Part shown: positions 29,278-38,792 of the stretch, in pieces
Layout: each line of letters begins with the position of its first letter
Position numbering within the stretch: the stretch's first letter is position 1
DNA from: Cycas panzhihuaensis
Taxonomy: Eukaryota > Plantae > Cycadophyta
Reading direction: 5' to 3'
Length of the DNA: 64,000 nt
NCBI GenBank assembly: GCA_023213395.1
Contig: CM041465.1
Span: forward strand, 174,413,741 to 174,477,740
Position numbers and translations under genes: made by a program
The notes under the pieces: generated by a model
What the model was told of the DNA's origin: nothing
Database searches by the model: none
Seen by the model: the letters and a program-made list of their open reading frames with translations, nothing else

Positions 29278-29589
29278 TGTTGGACTATGGCTAGTTCACT
29301 TGCTGAGGAGTCCTCTTCCCAAATCACCCGTAGGCTTTTGGTGTAACGGCAGGTCACAAGTGGTATCAGAGCCCAGGTTTAAGGTTCAAATCCCACACAT
29401 ATGCCAGACAAAGCCCCTTTCCCCCTTGGGGTCCCCATGTACCCTCGATTCAGATGGAATTGTAACACAAGCGATACATGCTATGGCGGCCTCCTCGTCA
29501 CAGAGGAGTGTTGGACTATGGCTGGTTCACTTGCCAAGGAGTCCTCTTCCCAAATCACCTGTGGGCTTTTGGTGTAACGGCAAGTCACA
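29278..29589 (+). mobile_element. TRIM (terminal-repeat retrotransposon in miniature), 312 bp, inserted in element B's gag
   Basis: 81-bp direct repeats 29278-29358 and 29509-29589 (TG...CA, 6 differences, all transitions). PBS TGGTATCAGAGCC 29361-29373. PPT AGAGGAG 29502-29508. No coding capacity. Left flank CATGA; right flank CAA, readable as CA(TG)A, i.e. a TSD with a 2-nt deletion. Confidence 0.93.
29339..29393 (+). promoter_or_regulatory. Putative tRNA-type (type 2) Pol III internal promoter of the TRIM
   Basis: A box TGGTGTAACGG 29339-29349 (fits TRGYNNARYGG). B box GGTTCAAATCC 29383-29393 (fits GGTTCRANYCC). Starts are 44 nt apart, as in tRNA genes. Confidence 0.65.
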
Positions 29590-30423
29590 CAAGTCTTCGC
29601 ATTGGTTGATAATAGCTACTCGGAAGTTCCTCCACTCTTGTTGATGCAGTCCTTGCATCTTTTTCCACCAATAATACTAATTTAAAGCTTGTCCATAAAG
29701 ATGCTAAGAGGCGGTGGGAACCATATTCGTCTCTGGCATCTGGTTTACTGTGACGTATGTTTCCATTTGGAGTAACCACGCTCTTATGTCCCAAGTCTTT
29801 TCTAGATCAATTTTTTCCAGTGCGATCTTCGTGTTTCTTGGGATTCCCTGTGATCTTATGTTCCTTCGCTGTAAAACAGATCCTTCTTTAAACCTACCTT
29901 CCCGGTTCCCTTGGTCAGCGTCTTGATCTGAATCTCGATTTTGTTCTATTTTAGGTTGGGTAATTTCTTACTTTTCTAACCTCACATTAGGGTTCTTGAT
30001 TTGCTGTATGAGTTTTTGCATGACTGTTGTCATGGTCTCTGCCATTTGTTCCTCTGATTCTTGGGATCTCAGCATTTTGCTCAACGATTTGATCTTCCTG
30101 CATCTTAATTTTGTCTAGATCCTTTCAAAATTCCTAGGGTGGAAGGGCGGGTCAAAATTTGCTTTCCCTTGGTTGAAAAATATCCTTAAAATCCCCCTTC
30201 GAAACGAAGCTCTCATACCACTTATAACCGTTCTTTCACCCAAAAGGACAGAAGTAGGACAACAAAGCTAAATTTCACAGATAATAGAACACAACTAGCA
30301 AATTCGTATATAAGAACTACCAATATAATGTATATCTCCAAATATAAATCAATTACAAGTGCTGAATATGATGTCAATTCGATACAAAAGAACAAATAGA
30401 AGTTCAATAAGTACCAACACAAC

Positions 30424-33400
30424 TGTTAAGATATAATGTTTTATCTAGGTATAAAAAGGGGGTCATGTTAAGACCACCCTCAATATAGTCATTGTGTAAG
30501 ATGATGCCACTTGGCAGTATCATAGCGATTGGTTACATTAGAGGTTGTAACCATCACATTGTTGATGTATACTTAAGAAGGTTGAGTCTCAATTGAAAAC
30601 ATACTTCTTTTCTGTCTAATTTAGATCAGTCTTTACTCTGTTTTTCATCATGGTATTAAAGCAGGCTGCCTAAACTGATCCTTTTTGAAAGATTTCTTCT
30701 GTCTAGCAGTTCCATCAAGGATTGAAGTAGCAAACAAGGCAGTTAGGACATCTGCATCATTATTTCTACGTAAATGCGGACACTGCGGATGACTTTTTTT
30801 CAAAAGTGTCGGATCGCAACGAAATTTGGTGGGGAAGTAGATCGAAGCACGCTGAGCATATTTGTCTTCCGAGCGAGCCATCTGAGGTCATTTTCCAGGC
30901 CAAATCGAGCCCAAACCAGTCCGCGCGTTTTTGGAGGATTCACATCAAAAATCTTCACGATTTTCTCAAAATATCGGGTATTTCCAGTCAAAAACTCTTC
31001 TTAGTATCAATACATTGAATTTGCATCCATATTCGAAGATTTGTTTCGAGTTTTTCCAGTGATTTTTTCAAAAATCCGATTTTCTGCCCTACCCGCCGTT
31101 TTTCTTTCCGGAGCCATTTTCTCTCATTTAAAAAACTTTTTCGAAAAACCGACTTCAGATCCACATAGGCGACTGAGAAACCTCGATTTTGAGGTATTTT
31201 TTTATTTAGGCCATACACCTAGGGTTCCGTACGGAAATCCGTATAGCCGTACGAACAGGCTCTAAACTGAGTTTTTTGACTTGAAGAAAATGTCTTCATC
31301 CCTCATTTCTTTGCCTGAACCAGAAAAATTAACTGGTTCTAACTATCATGTGTGGAAAATCAAGTTAGAAACCATTTTGAGGGTAAAAAATGCCTGGGAA
31401 ATTGTTGAAGGACGGAAAAACGTCCTCCGATTGGTGATGACAAGCTAGGAAGTTGGATTGAAAGAAATAATATGGCCAGTCTCACATTGAAAATGTCAAT
31501 TTCAGATTCAATCCTAGTCTATGTTGAAAAATTGAATCAGGCATCTGAAATATGGAAATGTTTTGAAAATTTATATGGGCAAAAGAACAAGGCAAGAATA
31601 ATTGCACTCAAAGAAGAACTGTACAAACTTCACATGAAAGAAAATGAAGAGGTAGAGGATTTTATGCACAAAATTATTACTGTCAGAAATAACCTCTTGA
31701 GTGCTGGAGATATAATTTCTGAACAAGACCTGGTAGAAATTGTAACTGCAAGGTTACCAAAGTCATTTGACACAATTGTCAATACTATCACAGACAGTGA
31801 TAGGTTAGACAAGTTAACTCTTGATGAATTGACAGATTATTGCTTAGACAAGAACAGAGAAACAAAAGGTATGAAAATACAATAATTGGAGGATGCTTTT
31901 GCATCCGTGATCAATCTCGGGCCAAGAGGGAGACAACAACTTCAAGGACAAAGCAGAACAGTAGACTTTCGAGGACGAGGACGCTGGCAAAGTTCCAGAG
32001 GGCGAGGACGGAGCAGAGAAAATAGAGTTTGCTACAACTGTGGAAGAACCAGATACTTCAGCTGCGTAATCTTTGATATTTGTTGCTATTGCGGGCAAAG
32101 TGGACACTATCCATATCAATGTCCACAAAGACGGTGAAATTCGTAAAGGCAAGCGACCCATTGGAGGCTACAGCAAAGAGAAGGACGAAGAGGAGGAGGA
32201 AGAAGAGACAGCTTTCATCACAGCATTAGTTACCGGTATGAAAGACAAGGACATATGGTACATAGACTCAGGAGCCTCCAAACATATGACAAGTCGGGAA
32301 GAATGGTTTGAAACCATGAAACCCTACAATATGGACAAATCAGTAGAATTGGGCGACAAATACTCCCTTAATATAAAAGGGATTGGAACTATTTCAAGAA
32401 CTGATGGAAATGAAAAAAGAATTGGAAATGTTCTGTTTGTACCAGATCTAAAAATGAATCTCCTCTCTGTTTCTCAATTAAGCAAAAAGGGATTGAGAAC
32501 CATCTTCGATGAAGAAGGAAACTGTCATATTCTTGACATGAAGAGAAGTGGGAAAATTGTTGCAAAAGGAATCGATGTAATGATCTTTACAAACTCTTGT
32601 CGATCCTGCTTCCTTATCTCCGGAAGAAAAAGCTTGTCTTGCTTTTTAAATCTAGTAATAAAGCTTGGCATTTGAGGTATGGGCATCTCTCAATTGACAC
32701 ACTTAATCAAATGGAAAAATCGAGAATGGTTAATGGTCTACCTAATATTTCAGTAGATAAATTTGTTTGTAAAGGTTGCCAACTTGGAAAACAGCACAGA
32801 CTGCCTTTTAAAGAAAGCGTTTGGAGAGCTCAGACAAAATTAGAATTGATACATACAGATATTTGTGGCCCAATTACACCTCTCACAATTAATGGATGCA
32901 GATATTTTCTAACTTTCATTGATGATTTCACTCGGAAAGTATGGGTATATTTCCTGCATAACAAATCAGAAGTTCTTGAAACATTTAAAGAATTCAAAGC
33001 AGAAGCAGAGTTAGAATCAGGAACGAAAATCAAATGTATCAGATCAGATGGAGGAGGGGAATATATATCAAAGGAGTTTTTAAATTACTGCAAGGATCGA
33101 GGGATTCAGAGATGCTTACAACTCCTTACACCCCTCACCAAATGGAGTGGCCGAAAGAAAGAATAGAACTCTGATGGAAATGGCTCGAAGCATGATGTAT
33201 GGAACCAAAATATCAAAAACATATTGGGCGTATCGATCTGACATGCTACCCGATAAATGTAAGTCCAACAAAGGTATTAAAAGATATCACTCGGAAGAAG
33301 CTTGGACAGACAAAACACGATGTAAGTCTTCTCGCAATTTTTAGCCAAGCATTTGTGCATATTCTGATAAAAGAAGGTCAAAATTGGATGCAAAAGCATA

Positions 33401-35587
33401 GAATGCATTTTAATAGGCTACAAGAAAATTCAAAAGCCTACAAATGCATAGATCCAAAAACTAATAAAATTTATGTAAGCAGAGATGTTTTTAATGAAGA
33501 AAACTCTGTTGAATCCTCACAAATTAGAATAATAGAAGATGAGAAGAAAAATGAACAGGAAGCTGTCAGATGTGAAGGGACGCAAGAAGATGATCAGCAA
33601 GAAAATAAGTCAGAAATTACCTCAGAAAATCAAGAAGCTGAAGAAAGAAGTGGTTCGGAAATCACTTTAGAAGAAGGACAAGCAGATTCATCTTCAACCA
33701 GTCAAGTACCAGAAGACATGATTGAAAAAGAAGACCCACAAAAACAGAAAAAGCTGCCAAAATGGTACATTAAAACAGTTGAAGAAGGAAGCGTAATAGA
33801 ACAGAAAACACAGGGACAAAAGTCAAGAGCCCTCCTAAGCAAAGTGGAACCACAGAACTTTCAAGAAGCAAAAGATCATCAAGAATGGAAAGCAGCAATG
33901 GACAATGAAATGAACTCAATCAAGAAGAATCAAACGTGGGAGCTAGTAGAACTACCTGCCAATAAATCAACTATAAACTGCAAATGGGTTTACAAAACAA
34001 AAAGGGGAATGGATGGCAAAATAGAAAAATACAAGACAAGGTTAGTTGCAAAAGGGTACACTCAAACAACAGGAGTAGATTTTGATGAGACTTTCTCTCC
34101 AGTTGCAAAAATGAATACAGTAAGAACAGTAATTGCCTTGGCTGCAGCACAAGACTGGAAAATCTCACAGCTAGATGTAAAAAGCGCCTTCTTGAAGCGG
34201 TGAGTCGAAGAAGAAGTCTATATGCAACAACCGTAAGGATACCGAGCAAAGGCGGGAGAATCTGGTTTGCAAGCTAAAAAGGCTCAGATGGTCTAAAACA
34301 AGCGCCACGCTGGTATATAAATTAGATCATTTTCTTGAAGAAAATAAGTTTGTTCAGTGCAACTCGACTCCAGCCTCTACATAAGAAAAACAAACAATAA
34401 GATAACAATAATTGTTGTCTATGTAGATGATATGCTCCTCACCGAGATGACGAAGAAGGAATTAAGTGGATCAAAAGTCAAGCTGCAGAAAAATTTGAGA
34501 TGATGACTTGGGACTTCTAAATTACTACTTGGGACCTGGAGGTAGGTCAACATCAAAACTATATAACCTTGTCCCAAAGTAACTACATCAAAAGTCTGCT
34601 TGTTCGATTTCAAATGGAGAATTGCAATCCATGCACAACACCCATGGAAACAAACTGTGATTTAATGCGTAGATAGTATAGAAAAGGATGTAGATGTCAC
34701 ACTATACAGGCAAATGATTGGAAGTCTGATCTATTTAACAGCCACCAGGCCCGACATATCCTACTCAGTTGGACTAATATCCGAGATACATGCAAAATCC
34801 AAAGTTGAGACACTGGCAAGCTGCAAAAAGAGTCTTGAGATATCTCAAAGGAACAACAGATTTCAAGTTAGTATACTTGAAAGGGTATCCAGTTGAAATA
34901 TCGTGGTCTGCGACTGACTGGGCAGGTGACAAAGAACAAAGGAAATCCACCAGCGGATATTGTTTCTTCTTAGGAGCCTCAATAATCTCATGGTGTAGTA
35001 AGAAACAAACTACAGTAGCTCTCTCCTCTACAGAAGCGGAATACAAAGCAGCTACATTAGCAACTTGTGAAGCTATATGGTTAAGGCAACTTTTGTTCGA
35101 CTTGGATCAACAGCAAAAAGAAGCAACCTCCTTGAAATGTGACAATCAAAGTGCCATCAAGCTGACCAAAAATCCAGTTCTACATGCAAGGACAAAACAC
35201 ATTGAAGTTCATCATCATTTCATAAGAGAAAAATCGTAATAAAGAGATAGACTTGGAATCATCCCTCAAATAGAACAAGTTGCAGATCTTCTCACAAAAC
35301 CTCTTGGAAGAGAAAGACTCAAATATTTAAGAGACAAAATTAGATTATTAGAGATAAAACATTAAGAGGGGGTGTTAAGATATAATGTTTTATCTAGGTA
35401 TAAAAGGGGGTCATGTTAAGACCACCCTCAATATAGTCATTGTGTAAGATGATGCCACTTGGCAGTATCATAGCGATTGGTTACATTAGAGGTTGTAACC
35501 ATCACATTGTTGATGTATACTTAAGAAGGTTGAATCTCAATTGAAAACATACTTCTTTTCTGTCTAATTTAGATCAGTCTTTGCTCT
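30424..35587 (+). mobile_element. Copia C: young Ty1/copia LTR retrotransposon inserted in element B's 5' LTR
   Basis: LTRs 30424-30650 and 35373-35587 (about 98% identical; the 3' copy lacks the last 11 nt). PBS TGGTATTAAAGC 30651-30662. PPT AAGAGGGGG just before 35373. Confidence 0.93.
31290..35360 (+). pseudogene. Frameshifted gag-pol of copia C
   Basis: Gag with zinc knuckle CYCGQSGHYPYQC, protease WYIDSGASKHM, GAG-pre-integrase WHLRYGH, integrase LIHTDICGP...RSDGGGEY, RT KNQTWELV...LVAKGY, RNase H CDNQSAI...RTKHIEVHHHFIRE. Confidence 0.9.
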
Positions 35588-36199
35588 ATGATGTCAATTC
35601 AATACAAAAGTACAAATAGAAGTTCAATAAGTACCAACACAACCTGTAATAGTCACCAAGCCCTTTGAGGTGGGGATCCTCCTCAGAATTGCATCCCTAA
35701 GGCTGAAAATCTGCAGCTGCCTTAAGGTTGAAAATAAGAGGAAACACTTCACAAATTGATGATGGAGAATGACCTCAAAAGTCCCTATTTACAGGCGCTC
35801 AAACTGGGACATAATGAAGTCGGCCAGGATAGGAAGAGATGCGCCCAAATAACCATTGGAAGTCAGGCACAACAAATGCATAGAGGTCGGCCAGATTCTC
35901 AAGGGTCGCTTTAGAATGACAGAATGACATGTGCATGACTCCTGCTACAATAGCACCCAAACGACAATAGACGATACCAGAATGGTACCACAAGAACTAA
36001 GACAAATTCTCAATATGAGATGCCAATTGATGTCATTGATGAATAAATTAATCATTAGATGTGTAAGTATTATGTTATGTAATGAAAAATCATATTGTAA
36101 TAAGGTGGCCCTTAGGGAAAGGAGGGATAACGTGGGAAGCCATAAACTACCATGGAAGAATTCGAAAAGATCACCAAACAATCTAATCTAGTGTGTTGG

Positions 36200-37523
36200 A
36201 CCAACTTTTTCTTTAAATTTGAGACACGAAGTACATCGTGGATCTAGCTATGTGGAGGAAGGTTGGGAGCATATGTGTCTTCTCGTATTTCCCTTCTTAT
36301 CTAGTATACTCCATAAAATTGTGGTGCGAGTTTGTATTTGCTTTGTTGTCATAATGATACTTGTTTGTATGGTTGCAGCCTTACGTGCACCCAATGTCCT
36401 ACTTCAAAATTTCTTTTGATTCTGTGCTGGTTTGCTTGCTACTTCACCTAATTACTTGTGGTGTTATAGTTGTCTTTTAACTCACTAAGCATTTGCTCAG
36501 CTTGTCGAACCAACTCCTCGGTGGCAAGTATCATTGTATCTATTTGCAAACAATTGATCGCGCTCGACAAGAAGTAACTTTATAGGGCAGCGATTGGTTC
36601 CATCATATTGTAGAATGATGGAATCAGTTATACCATAAGTCTGCCAGGTGGATCCATTTTACCCATTTGGTTTGGTTTTCTCCCACATAGCATTTTAAAT
36701 ACATTTTTGGACATTTGTTAACAACTTCCAACTGTCTGTCTATCTGTGGGTGATATGATGTGCTCATCGCAAGTTTTGTACTTACTAGTTTGAAAAGTTC
36801 CTTCCAAAAGTTGCTAGTAAATTTGGAATCCCTATTGGACATGATCTTCCTAGAAAAACCATGCGACTTATGGATGTTCTTCATAAAGAGGTTGGTGATT
36901 CGCAATGTGCTAAATGTTGCTTGCATATGAATGAAATGGGCATAATTCATGAGGCAATCCATGACCACAAATATAGCATCCTTCCCTTCAAATTTTCGGA
37001 GCCCCATGATAAAGTTCATGAATATTTCCTCCTATTTTCACTACGGAATTTGTAGTAGTTGTAGTAGTCCTATTTTGTGTGCATTTTGCCTCTTGCCTTT
37101 GACACATGCCGCATTCTATGATGAAGACCTTTGTATCTTTCTTCATACCTTCCCAATAAAAGGAATGCCTTACTCTTTCATATGTCTTGGCCACCCCAAA
37201 GTACCCTACTATTAGGGTTTGATGGTGTTCCTAAAGTATCTTGTTTTTGAGATTTGAATCTCTTGTAGGTAAACCCTACTTTTGTATAGTAGGGTCTTGC
37301 CACTAGTATTCCAATGTGGGCCTATGGTTCCATCATTGTGTCCTTTGATCAACTGCTCGACCTTTTGATCTAAGGCATAGTCTTAGTGGAGCACATCTGG
37401 GCATGAGGGTTAAATGATTGACACTCCCACACAACTTACTTCCTCAAACTTATGAAAGAGTGTCTGCTACTATGTTGCTTTTTCTCTTTTGTACTTGATC
37501 TCAAAATTGTAGTTTTGTAACTT
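36200..37523 (-). mobile_element. Older Ty3/gypsy relic (integrase region), truncated by element D's LTR
   Basis: ORF 36624-37019 reads MNFIMGL...DSKFTSNFWKELF...TSYHPQID; KLAPQFYG near 36310-36332. Boundaries approximate. Confidence 0.8.
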
Positions 37524-38792
37524 TGTTGGGGTCAAATCACGATTGGATACACTTCGAATAGTAGAAAACATGCCAATGTGTGTTTGACATTGAGAATTAT
37601 GCAAAGAAAGGTCTAGCACACAACGAAGACAATCAAAAGTGCAAGAAAATCTGGTGATAGATCAAAAAGAGGCTCTTGGGGAACGCATGATAGTATGTGT
37701 TCTAGATGGGAACACATATAGGAATGTATGCAAAAATGCACAATAGTCAAGCCAAAATTCAATCATTTCGTCCCCGATCCAATGACATCAGCATCTCAGT
37801 GTTCCTGTACGGTCATACGATTGTTATAGGTGTAATTAATGAGTGTTTAATTGCAATCTTAACAAAAAGGTGCTTTGTTATGTGATGGAATGGTTGTGAC
37901 CTATGATCACAACCACACCCCAAAAGGCATGAAAAGTGGTATTTATAGGTCATGTTCTCACCATTTTGGGTGTGAGGGTCGAGTCAATGAGTCTTGTGAT
38001 ATGTTCTCAAGGTTGAGAGCCTTTTGATCAAATGAGGAGACCATTGTAGTCATTCTTCAGTAATGTAAGAGAGAATGCACAAGTGATATTTGCTTAATGA
38101 AATCAAAGTTAAGCAGTAAACATTATGCAATCGTGTGATGTGTTCATTTGATGAATATGTTAATGTTAAGATAAGATTGTTATGATGTTCTATTGATGAT
38201 ACATGGCATTGTTGTAATAATAATGGATGTTATGATGATACTATGAGTATGTGGATACGTCTATGAGTTAGTGTGTATGGTTGAAAGTGTGAGTAGCGGT
38301 CACTATGTTGAGAATCTCCCTGGGAAGACTACACAGAAGGGACTTTTGACTGTAAGTACTTAGGGACCATGAGTAAAAAGTCAACATTGGTTCTGTTGCC
38401 TAAGTCCACTTGTGGGGGAAAAGCAATCAAAGTTTTTCACTTTACAAACTTATGTCAGAAAACTAAGAAACCCTAGTTGTTGATGTGGTGTTAGGATGTA
38501 ACTAAGCCTTCAACATGCAGGGGACCTTCCAATGACTTTGAAGGTGATCGAGCCATCCAAACAACCTTCACCCAAGGGAATACCATAGTCAAGTAGGAAA
38601 AGGGCAATATGATGGGCAAATAAGTGGAAGACACGAAGGAGTAAGCGAGTGAATTCTATAAGAAAGGACAAGACCAAGGGGAGGTCTATCGAAGAGTCCA
38701 AGGCAAATGAAGCACAAACACCCATTAAGCAAAATGAGGTTGTAGGAGCCCAATGGTATTTACCTCGACCCCAATAGAGTTTGACTAACTTA

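Larger units (their letters stand above)
25345..30110 (-). pseudogene. Disrupted gag-pol of element B
   Basis: ORFs give LVDSGSTHNFI (protease), FFDDILIYS (RT), YKKGKDNVIVDALSR (RNase H), ISMDFITGLP (integrase) and LIKWKNLDDEDATWE (chromodomain). Start approximate. Confidence 0.92.
24861..35913 (-). mobile_element. Element B: Ty3/gypsy chromovirus-type LTR retrotransposon carrying a nested TRIM and copia C
   Basis: 3' LTR 24861-25331. 5' LTR split into 30223-30423 and 35588-35913. TSD GAATG at 24856-24860 and 35914-35918. PBS (reverse complement GCTCTCATACCA) 30209-30220. PPT (reverse complement of AAGAGGGGGGACT) 25332-25344. Confidence 0.93.

Noticed and set aside
29332-29403. A genuine tRNA gene at the TRIM junction
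   Set aside because: A and B boxes are present, but I could not build a proper acceptor stem or anticodon arm, and the region is part of the LTR/PBS.
29278-29589. Cassandra element or retrozyme identity for the TRIM
   Set aside because: The 81-bp LTRs show no recognisable 5S rRNA segment and no hammerhead core (CUGAnGA...GAAA).
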